This document shows, one piece after another, positions 13,701-22,812 of a DNA stretch of 64,000 nucleotides. Positions within the stretch are counted from its first letter, which is position 1, and every line of letters begins with the position of its first letter. A program made the position numbers and the translations under genes. The stretch comes from Tubulanus polymorphus (Eukaryota; Animalia; Nemertea). The notes under the pieces are model-generated. The model was given only the letters and a program-made list of their open reading frames with translations. It was not told the origin of the DNA and ran no database searches. The stretch is taken from contig NC_134027.1 in assembly GCF_964204645.1 (NCBI RefSeq), positions 14,292,485 through 14,356,484 of the forward strand. The letters run 5' to 3'.

Positions 13701-16700
13701 ACAAAACCAAAATGGTGAATTGTCGCGGGCGACAAAACCAAAATGGTGAATTGTCGCGGGCAACAAAACCAAAATAATGAATTGTCGCGGGCGATAAAAC
13801 CAATATAATGAATTGTCGCAAGCGATAAAACCAAAATAATGAATTGTCGCGGGTGACAAAACCAAAATGGTGAATTGTATCGGGCGACAAAACCAAAATG
13901 GTGAATTATCGCGGGCGACAAAACCAAAATGGTGAATTGTCGCGGGCGACAAAACCAAAATAATGAATTGTCGCTGGCGATAAAACCAAAATGGTGAATT
14001 ATCGCGGGCGACAAAACCAAAATGGTGAATTGTCGCGGGCGACAAAACCAAAATAATGAATTGTCGCTGGCGATAAAACCAAAATGGTGAATTATCGCGG
14101 GCGACAAAACCAAAATGGTGAATTGTCGCAGGCGACAAAACCAAATGGTGAATTGTCGCGGGCGACAAAACCAAAATAATGAATTTTCGCGGGCGACAAA
14201 ACCAAAATATTGAATTGTCGCGGTCGACAAAACCAAAATAATGAATTGTCGCGGGCAATAAAACCAAAATAATTAATTATTGCGGGCGACAAAACCAGAC
14301 TAATGAATTGTCGCGGGCGATTAAACCAAAATAATTAATTGTCGCGGGCCACAAAACCAAAATATTGAATTGTCGCGGGCGACGAAACCAAAAAAAAATT
14401 GTCGCGGGCGCCTCAAACAAAATATAAAACCAAAATAATGAATTGTCGCTGGAGATAAAACCAAAGTAATGAATTGTCGCAGGCGACAAAACCAAAATAT
14501 TGAATTGTCGCGGGCGACAAAACCAGACTAATGAATTGTGGCGGGCGACAAAACCAAAATAATGAATTGTCGCGGGCGATAAAACCAAAATAATGAATTG
14601 TCGCCAGCGATAAAACCAAAATAATGAATTGTCGCGGGTGACAAAACCAAAATGGTGAATTGTCTCGGGCGACAAAACCAAAATGGTGAATTATCGCGGG
14701 CGACAAAACCAAAATGGTGAATTGTCGCGGGCGACAAAACCAAAATGGTGAATTGTCGCGGGCAACAAAACCAAAATAATGAATTGTCGCGGGCGATAAA
14801 ACCAATATAATGAATTGTCGCAAGCGATAAAACCAAAATAATGAATTGTCGCGGGTGACAAAACCAAAATGGTGAATTGTATCGGGCGACAAAACCAAAA
14901 TGGTGAATTATCGCGGGCGACAAAACCAAAATGGTGAATTGTCGCGGGCGACAAAACCAAAATAATGAATTGTCGCTGGCGATAAAACCAAAATGGTGAA
15001 TTGTCGCGGGCGACAAAACCAAAATAATGAATTGTCGCTGGCGATAAAACCAAAATGGTGAATTATCGCGGGCGACAAAACCAAAATGGTGAATTGTCGC
15101 GGGCGACAAAACCAAAATAATGAATTGTCGCTGGCGATAAAACCAAAATGGTGAATTATCGCGGGCGACAAAACCAAAATGGTGAATTGTCGCAGGCGAC
15201 AAAACCAAATGGTGAATTGTCGCGGGCGACAAAACCAAAATAATGAATTGTCTCGGGCGATAAAACCAAAATAATGAATTGTCGCAAGCGATAAAACCAA
15301 AATAATGAATTGTCGCGGGTGACAAAACCAAAATGGTGAATTGTATCGGGCGACAAAACCAAAATGGTGAATTATCGCGGGCGACAAAACAAAAATGGTG
15401 AATTGTCGCGGGCAACAAAACCAAAATAATGAATTGTCGCGGGCGACAAAACCAAAAAGAAAAATTGTCGCGGGCAACAAAACCAAAATAATGAATTGTC
15501 GCGGGCGACAAAACCAAAAAGAAAAATTGTCGCGGTCGACAAAACCAAAATAATGAATTGTCGCTGGTGATAAAACCAAAGTAGTGAATTGTCGTGGGCG
15601 ATAAAACCAAAATATTGAATTTTCGCGGGCGACAAAACCAAAATATTGAATTGTCGCGGTCGACAAAACCAAAATAATGAATTGTCGCTGGCGATAAAAC
15701 CAAAGTAGTGAATTGTCGCGGGCGATAAAACCAAAATATTGAATTGTCGCGGGCGATCAAACCAAAATAATGAATTGTCGCGGGCGACAAAACCAAAATA
15801 TTGAATTTTCGCGGGCGACAAAACCAAAATATTGAATTGTCGCGGTCGACAAAACCAAAATAATGAATTGTCGCGGGCAATAAAACCAAAATAATGAATT
15901 ATTGCGGGCGACAAAACCAGACTAATGAATTGTCACGGGCGATTAAACCAAAATAATGAATTGTCGCGGGCCACAAAACCAAAATATTGAATTGTCGCGG
16001 GCGACGAAACCAAAAAAAAATTGTCGCGGGCGCCTCAAACAAAATATAAAACCAAAATAATGAATTGTCGCTGGCGACAAAACCAAAAAAAGAATTGTCA
16101 CGGGCGATAAAACCAAAATAATGAATTGTCGCTGGAGATAAAACCAAAGTAATGAATTGTCGCAGGCGACAAAACCAAAATATTGAATTGTCGCGGGCGA
16201 CAAAACCAAAATAATGAATTGTCGCGGGCGATAAAACAAATATAATGAATTGTCGCAAGCGATAAAACCAAAATAATGAATTGTCGCGGGTGACAAAACC
16301 AAAATGGTGAATTGTATCGGGCGACAAAACCAAAATGGTGAATTATCGCGGGCGACAAAACCAAAATGGTGAATTGTCGCGGGCGACAAAACCAAAATGG
16401 TGAATTGTCGCTGGCGATAAAACCAAAATGGTGAATTATCGCGGGCGACAAAACCAAAATGGTGAATTATCGCGGGCGACAAAACCAGAATAATGAATTG
16501 TCGCTGGCGATAAAACCAAAATGGTGAATTATCGCGGGCGACAAAACCAAAATGGTGAATTGTCGCGGGCGACAAAACCAAAATGGTGAATTGTCGCGGG
16601 CGACAAATCCAAAATAATGATTCGTCGCGGGCGATAAAACCAAAATAATGAATTGTCGCAAGCGATAAAACCAAAATAATGAATTGTCGCGGGTGACAAA

Positions 16701-16815
16701 ACCAAAATGGTGAATTGTATCGGGCGACAAAACCAAAATGGTGAATTGTATCGGGCGACAAAACCAAAATGGTGAATTGTATCGGGCGACAAAACCAAAA
16801 TGGTGAATTATCGCG
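1728..16815 (+). repeat. 31-bp tandem satellite (~15 kb), consensus AAACCAAAATAATGAATTGTCGCGGGCGACA
   Basis: Continuous tandem units with recurring variants (TGGTGAAT, TATTGAAT, GTAGTGAAT). Internal palindrome TTGTCGC-gg-GCGACAA. Confidence 0.98.
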
Positions 16816-17213
16816 AATGCTTTGGTTTTTCGAACGCGTTTTCCGGTTGTTATACGTCTACTTCGTTTACGACCTTTTATTGATTTTGGGTTTGAGGTAG
16901 ATGGTCTTTTTAAGCTTCGTTTGATAATGCGACCCATTGTTTCGATGCCACGATCTTTGATGGCTGTCGCGATATTCTTACCGCCTACCACATCGCTGGC
17001 TACGTGTAAACCAGTTCTCAGTAAATGAGGAACCGCTTGCTTGGCCATATTTTTTAGTAGTGGAATAGCTGGACGAGCCAACCCGCCCAAGACTGATGCA
17101 AATCCAGCACCGCCTTGTACGGGGGATGCCGTGTACACGTCAATACCCGAACCGCATTGGTTCATGTAATATTTACAACAAGCATCCCGATCGATTTCGC
17201 AGAGAGCCCTCAT
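16816..17213 (-). CDS. Polinton basic core-like protein (PW-like), C-terminus truncated by satellite
   Basis: YYMNQCGSG...QGGAGFASVLGGLARPAIPLL motif followed by an Arg/Lys-rich tail. Runs into satellite at 16815. Confidence 0.7.
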
Positions 17214-18124
17214 AGCAATAAATTCTTCTTTTTGAAATGCAGAACCAGGTTAACTTTGCCCTTTCTGAAAACGGGGATTCTTCCGGATTCGGTCCTAATA
17301 AAGACTTCTATAGTTTGAAAATTCCGTCTTTGTAGCGGAAAATATTGTAACTTGGTAAATTCTCGACCAACAATTTTACCAAAATTTCTCGGATTCAAAT
17401 CGATCAGACGTAAGAGATTTGCGCTTTGATGTCCGACCAGCTGTGGTTCGATAACATCTGTATATACCATCAAATTATGATAATCGACGTTCTGCGGGTT
17501 GCAGTGACCTCGATGTATTTGTAAACTGTTTTACTATCGGATGAATCTGACAGTACAGGACCGTGTATTTTAGAACCTTGACGACGAACTGCGGGTTGCA
17601 GTGACCTCGATGTATTTGTAAACTGTTTTACTATCGGATGAATCTGACAGTACAGGACCGTGTATTTTAGAACCTTGACGACGATCTGATATATCTTCGT
17701 TAATCGGTATATTTTCTTTAAAACCCAAGATCCACGCAATATCGTTCGTAAAAGTTATTGAACAGTCGTCATAAAATCGGATACTAACTTTATGACTTAG
17801 TTCATCGAATGCAAGAACTATCTTATCGTCGTACCATTTGTTTAACTCTGCCTGTATAGCGACAATTAATTGGTTAATTGTCAAATAGCGACCCGTGGGT
17901 ATATCGAGATAATGAGTTCCGTGCTCAGACGACGTACATTGAAATCTTCCATTGTTCACGTTATTGAAATCAGCCATAAAGTTTATTTGATGTAAAGCGC
18001 AAAACCATTTGCCTTGAAGTGAAATCGGTGTTCGTAATCGGACTTTAAAACTATGTCGCGTATTATCGGGATAAATATCAGTGCTAGCATCGCTTTTGAG
18101 ATACACGTAAAAATCCTGACTCAT
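17210..18124 (-). pseudogene. Minor capsid protein (penton), interrupted by tandem duplication
   Basis: N-terminal DFYVYLKSDAS..YPDNT..SFKVRL..W.CAL and C-terminal MVYTDVIEPQLVG...LLR...QYFPL...IEV.I...LHF. The two halves are in the same frame, separated by a duplicated segment carrying stops. Confidence 0.8.
17492..17684. repeat. Perfect ~96-bp tandem duplication (period 97) within penton gene
   Basis: 17492-17587 = 17589-17684. Confidence 0.9.
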
Positions 18125-19203
18125 GGTAATTTCTTGATATCTCGAGCGTTCACCCAAGAATTGAATTTATCGGGATAGTTATACCACTTTACCAAGTATT
18201 GTTTTCGAGCGCCTTTACCTCGAGTTTTAATTATCGACTCGATCTTATACGTTTCATCCTTTTTATTGAATTTTATCAACTCGTAACCATAAAACACGCC
18301 ATCTATTGTTACGTCTTGTAAATCTTTAATCTTGTATACAGGTGGTTCACGCATAATTCTTTTCGTAACGACAAACAACTCAGTACTCCAACCGGGTAAA
18401 TAGCCTTTTTGGAATTGACCTTTGAGTTCGCTTATTCGAACAGTGTCGCCAACGCGAAACTTAAAATTCACGCGTTTTTTACTTCGGATTGTACCGTATA
18501 GATTCTTGAAAACTTTGTGCGCGTTTAACTCGTTGACATCGTTTGGAGCCATTTTTATACTACGATGAAACGATTTATTGTATGACGCTACTATATCTTT
18601 AAGCAAATCGATATATCTGTATGAATTTCTATGCGAAAATATCTTATACATTTTCGATTTTAAAGTACGTATCCATCTTTCGATTAAAGCGCATTTCACT
18701 TCGTTTTTACTTTGGAAAAAACGTACGCCCTCGTTTTTCAGATACGCCTGCGTTTTTGAACCGACAAATTCTGTGCCTGAATCCGATTGAATAACGCTAG
18801 GTTTCCTAATCTTGAAAATCTTTTTAAAACCATCCACAACGGTAGAATTAAATTTATTTTTTAACGGTATAGCGAACGCGTATCTAGACAATACATCGAT
18901 AGCCGTCAATAGAAATTTGTAACCGTCGTTGTGTTTCGAAATATTCGAAACGTCGCACAAGTCGACCTGAAATTGCTCGTTCACTCGATAGGCTATAGTT
19001 TTGTTTCTCGGAAATCTCTTTCGCACTTTGGCGTGTAAAGTGTGAACTTCTTGTTCGGTTAACCAGTCTCGTATCTCACGTAAAGAGATATTTTTGTTTT
19101 CTTTTTTACAAATCCGTAGTAATGTATTTGCGTTTGAAAAACTTCCTTCTTTGTCGACGCCATAATATTGATTCGCCAGGAACCTTTTCTGTTCGGCTTT
19201 CAT
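18121..19203 (-). CDS. Retroviral-like (rve, DDE) integrase with C-terminal chromodomain
   Basis: FQVDL...LLTAIDVLSRYA...IQSDSGTEF...IERWIRTLK; chromodomain YKIESII...QYLVKWYNYPDKFNSWV. ORF intact. Confidence 0.95.
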   Translation of the reverse strand: MKAEQKRFLANQYYGVDKEGSFSNANTLLRICKKENKNISLREIRDWLTEQEVHTLHAKVRKRFPRNKTIAYRVNEQFQVDLCDVSNISKHNDGYKFLLTAIDVLSRYAFAIPLKNKFNSTVVDGFKKIFKIRKPSVIQSDSGTEFVGSKTQAYLKNEGVRFFQSKNEVKCALIERWIRTLKSKMYKIFSHRNSYRYIDLLKDIVASYNKSFHRSIKMAPNDVNELNAHKVFKNLYGTIRSKKRVNFKFRVGDTVRISELKGQFQKGYLPGWSTELFVVTKRIMREPPVYKIKDLQDVTIDGVFYGYELIKFNKKDETYKIESIIKTRGKGARKQYLVKWYNYPDKFNSWVNARDIKKLP

Positions 19204-19321
19204 CAATTACAGTTTTACTACCACAACACGTACTTAATACGCAATTAACTCTATTGAAACGACACTCGAAATTCGGCTCCTCCTGCTTTAAACAACAACA
19301 AAACAACTTTCGCCAATTCAT
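19106..19321 (-). CDS. Small Cys-rich hypothetical protein
   Basis: ATG ORF on the same strand as its neighbours (MNWRKLFCCCL...). Overlaps the integrase start; no recognised family. Confidence 0.3.
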   Translation of the reverse strand: MNWRKLFCCCLKQEEPNFECRFNRVNCVLSTCCGSKTVIDESRTEKVPGESILWRRQRRKFFKRKYITTDL

Positions 19322-19376
19322 CTTTTCTCATAATTTTATTTACACTTAAAAAAACAATATGCTTTTAATGACTTTT

Positions 19377-19901
19377 TTATTTGGAACAAAGAATGGTATA
19401 GAATAGAACTTCTTCATAGGCTTCCCGTAGATCGTAGAGTTTTCTGGCACCCGACAATATTAAAGTACCGCCGTTATGTACTATACATTTTATCCCGTTT
19501 TCGCACTTGTAAACAAAACCGGGAAATATTTCGGGATTGTAGTCACCGGGAACTGTTTTGGAAAGTTCTATTAATTCCACACGTCGATCAGTTTTTACAA
19601 CTCCAGTCATAGTTTGTATTTTGAAATTAGTCAAGCTCACAATATAACCCATCTTTTGCAACAAACGAGCGAATTGTCTTGTACTACGCCGACTGTTAAA
19701 TTCGCTTTTACATCCGGTCACGACCATTTTACCATTTACGAACAATAGACAATTACCCTGTATACTTCTGTGTTTCCATATTAATCCACTAAACTTTCGG
19801 GGGTCATAGACGACATTACACAATTTTCCTGCAATATCGGCTAGATTTAGACGGCAATTCAGATTACCCGTAGACGCAACGTTTACAACTTCAATCATCA
19901 T
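19377..19901 (-). CDS. TATA-box-binding protein (TBP)-like, intronless, 174 aa
   Basis: Both TBP core repeats are recognisable. VNVASTGNLNCRLNL..YDPRKFSGLI..LLFVNGKMVVTGCKSE..SR...RQFARLLQKMGY..NFKIQ..YNPEIFPGFVY..G.LILSGAR..EAYE aligns by eye to TBP NIVSTVNLGCKLDL..YNPKRF..IFSSGKMVCTGAKSE..RKYARVVQKLGF..DFKIQ..YEPELFPGLIY. Confidence 0.92.
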   Translation of the reverse strand: MMIEVVNVASTGNLNCRLNLADIAGKLCNVVYDPRKFSGLIWKHRSIQGNCLLFVNGKMVVTGCKSEFNSRRSTRQFARLLQKMGYIVSLTNFKIQTMTGVVKTDRRVELIELSKTVPGDYNPEIFPGFVYKCENGIKCIVHNGGTLILSGARKLYDLREAYEEVLFYTILCSK

Positions 19902-19921
19902 TAATGTACCAACTCGATCGC

Positions 19922-20188
19922 AAATGAGACCCACATATCCAATCGACAATTAATATCGATTTATCTTGACCCAAAAATGAAACCCGTACATCCAATTAAC
20001 TATTAGTGTTACGTCAACTCGGTCACAGCACGCCGCGATTAACTCTTAATATCGCGTCACAAAATGAAACTGCTATATCCATTCCACTAATGATATCATT
20101 GCAAAACCCACTGACCGTTGACATGCCAAACACGAATAATGAAGCCCGCATATATCATATCAATCCGCCACAAATGAAGCCAGGTCAT
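19922..20188. promoter_or_regulatory. Five dispersed copies of an AAATGARRCC...ATATCCA-like motif upstream of the TBP-like gene
   Basis: Copies start at 19922, 19973, 20061, 20138 and 20172 (the last two are partial). Function is inferred only. Confidence 0.45.
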
Positions 20189-20231
20189 TGGTCAAAGCTT
20201 TTTGACAGTCGCGATTAGGTTTTTCTAGTCG

Positions 20232-20912
20232 TTAAAAGGATAACCAGTTTGTGAAATTCACATTGCCATCACGCACTTCACGCAGTCCGGATCCGCTCTG
20301 ATCATACTTTGGTTTCTTCCTCTTTGGAGACAACGACGTATCTAAATCTACGGTAAGTTCACCTTTGATACTTCTCTTTAACGTTTTATTCGAAATAAAA
20401 CTCAATGGTACGTTCAACTCGTTAAATGCAGATATATATTTATCTAGGCCGATATATTCTTGATCCATTTTAGTTTGTACTAACGACATGTGTAAAATAT
20501 CGTCAATGTTGCTTCCACGAATTAGATTGTCCTTGTAAATCAGTTCGCCTTTATCATTCCATTTCAAAATTCCTGGATTATCTTAAAAAAATGCTAATAG
20601 GGATTTACATTTTTTCCTAAATCTTAACGGTAACCGATCAATAATTTTCTGCGTAGTATATTTGCCCGAGATTTCTTTAATATCTTGTGTCGTTTGGTTA
20701 ATGTCCTTTTCTGTAGACGATTTATGTATTTCTTGCTGCAATAACTGATTATACTTTAAGTATTTGAGATCGTCGGGTATTTTGTTATCCGTTAGAGGGT
20801 TGTAGGTAGCGGGTGTTTCTTTTTCTTGTCCACGTTCTTGACTCGCGATAAAAGCTTGTATCGAGGGTAACATGGAATCGGGTAAAATGATTAACTTTTC
20901 AACGTTCTTCAT
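20232..20912 (-). pseudogene. Conserved Polinton protein with an in-frame premature stop
   Basis: ORFs 20583..20912 and 20232..20567 are in the same frame: LPLRFRKKCKSLLAFF*DNPGILKWNDKGELIYKDNLIRGSNIDD. C-terminal QSGSG motif. Confidence 0.65.
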
Positions 20913-21292
20913 GCTATTGCCTTATCTACTATTCGGTTTGCGGCGTTCGTTAAAACAGACGTCAGTATAGGTTTCAAAAGTGGTAGTAAAATGAATGGCA
21001 GAAATCCACCTTTTTGCGAAATTATTCCTCGTTTATGTTTAATGGCTATCGAATTGTTGGCCAACATGCGTATGTAACGCTTATGTTGTTTCAACACGCG
21101 TTTATCTTTGTCGCTATGTTTTATATTCCCGCCTAAACTGTTTTTGGATATCTCGCATACGCACTTGATTAAGTCTGACGGAGCCGATTCTATCAACGCT
21201 CGACGTTGTTTCTTATTACATTTACCCAACACGTGTAAATGATGTATATATTTTTTCACTCTTTGTAACGAGTTGTTTTTACGCGGCGCCAT
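20909..21292 (-). CDS. Polinton virion protein with adenovirus pX-like QKGG/FLP motif
   Basis: ...LIKCVCEISKN.L.GN...QKGGFLPFILLPLL: putative adenain cleavage site followed by a hydrophobic helix. Confidence 0.7.
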   Translation of the reverse strand: MAPRKNNSLQRVKKYIHHLHVLGKCNKKQRRALIESAPSDLIKCVCEISKNSLGGNIKHSDKDKRVLKQHKRYIRMLANNSIAIKHKRGIISQKGGFLPFILLPLLKPILTSVLTNAANRIVDKAIA

Positions 21293-21330
21293 GGTCTTCT
21301 TTTATTAGTTATTAGTCGAAAATTATACTT

Positions 21331-21981
21331 TTAATGAATTTTCTTTGTTTTGTATATTATATGGTATTTATCGCTAGGAAAAATTCTAGTTCTCAAACGC
21401 CATCTATCATCAGTTTTTGGTTTAAAATCCAGTAAAAGATAACCGTGGGGTTCCATGGTAGCGTCTCTAAAGGCCGCTTCAATTTCGTTTTTCAAACCGG
21501 CTTGTTGAGCGAGAACGCGAACTTGATTTCTATCTCGCGCATTTTTAAAAACGACAATATAATGCGAGTTTAAACTAATCGTTCTAAACTCTTTGCCTTT
21601 CGGGAAAATATTTTGTACAATCGTAATAACGCTGATGTTGCGATGATGGGATCCTCGTGTATACAAAGAAGCTAACGCGTTATTACCCCCTACTTCATTC
21701 ATCAGATCGTCGACTATAATTAATGTACGTTTACTGCCATCTATTTTGTCGTAGAGTTCTCCGGAAAAACCCTCTACAAACAGCACTCCAAACTTTTCCA
21801 ATTCATTGAACATTTCGGGTTGCGCCTCCGCGTAACACCAATATATCTTATCGGGATTTTTTTCGACAAGATTCTCCGTTATAACTTTTTTGACAAACAC
21901 ACTTTTACCGGAACCCGTCGGTCCTGCGACTATCATCGTGAATGGGTGGGATAAGTATCTCGGGCCATTATACTCTGCCAT
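21331..21981 (-). CDS. A32/FtsK-like DNA packaging ATPase
   Basis: Walker A GPTGSGKS, Walker B LIIVDD, RGSHHRNISV..QN motif. Confidence 0.93.
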   Translation of the reverse strand: MAEYNGPRYLSHPFTMIVAGPTGSGKSVFVKKVITENLVEKNPDKIYWCYAEAQPEMFNELEKFGVLFVEGFSGELYDKIDGSKRTLIIVDDLMNEVGGNNALASLYTRGSHHRNISVITIVQNIFPKGKEFRTISLNSHYIVVFKNARDRNQVRVLAQQAGLKNEIEAAFRDATMEPHGYLLLDFKPKTDDRWRLRTRIFPSDKYHIIYKTKKIH

Positions 21982-22080
21982 CTTAGTGTTTTAGTGTTTT
22001 AAGTGTTTTAGCTACGAATGAAAAACACTTTTAATAGAAACAAGGGGGTTGTCAATATTTTAAAAATACAGTACACGCAT

Positions 22081-22355
22081 TTTATAGTTTACTAAATTCT
22101 TTATTTTCACTAAACGAGGTTCTAACAATTTTCAATTTTGAAAAAATGAGGTTTGAACTTTTTTAATAGGAAAATACTATACGGTTTTGACAAAAAATCA
22201 TAAGTTATATTTGAGGTTTAGATTTTTGCGATTTACGCAATTTATAGTTTACTAAATTCTTTATTTTCACTAAACGAGGTTCTAACAATTTTCAATTTTG
22301 AAGAAATGAGGTTTGAACTTTTTTAATGGGAAAATACTATACGGTTTTGACAAAA
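22081..22355. repeat. ~115-bp direct duplication (period 160) in the divergent intergenic region
   Basis: 22081-22195 matches 22241-22355. Confidence 0.85.
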
Positions 22356-22444
22356 TAACATTAGTTAAAAATACGGTTTGACTATTTTTCGATTTTAGAT
22401 ATTCGAGGTTTGAATATGTTTTCATAAACGCTATTTGACTTTTT

Positions 22445-22720
22445 TCACACGTCGATATACGGTCTTTGAATGAGATATTTACGTTCCGGTTGAAGATCAA
22501 TCACGTCTAAACAAAATATAGCGCCAACAATTTTATAAAGGAATCGCTCCGTCATATTTAATTCTTTCAAAACTAGGCATAATCCATCTGGTTCGTCGCA
22601 ATTTACAAAATCTTTGGCTAAACGTTGAATATCTGTTAAATGCTTTTGACCGAGTAACACTTGGTGTATTCGCGTGTAATCCAAAATCGTGAATAATAGC
22701 CTTCGTAATAGTCCGTCCAT
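22445..22720 (-). CDS. Hypothetical protein
   Basis: ATG ORF MDGLLRRLLF... between the ATPase and pPolB genes; no motif recognised. Confidence 0.25.
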   Translation of the reverse strand: MDGLLRRLLFTILDYTRIHQVLLGQKHLTDIQRLAKDFVNCDEPDGLCLVLKELNMTERFLYKIVGAIFCLDVIDLQPERKYLIQRPYIDV

Positions 22721-22812
22721 TGTACTTGATAGTCGACCCATAATTGACTTGTAGACACAGATTAGTCTCTTTTAAAAAATAACACATATTCAATCTTTTT
22801 TTCTCACAGAAA

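Noticed and set aside
1511-16798. Dozens of long ORFs (FWFCRPRQFIILVLSPATIHYFGFVARDNS repeats), also at 39060-44136
   Set aside because: Artefact of a 31-bp unit lacking stops on one strand. The same peptide appears in all three frames, mostly with TTG starts.
1728-16815. CRISPR-like array (31-bp palindromic repeats)
   Set aside because: No unique spacers, no cas genes, eukaryotic context.
16467-16815. C-terminal extension of the 248-aa ORF
   Set aside because: Read-through into satellite after truncation.
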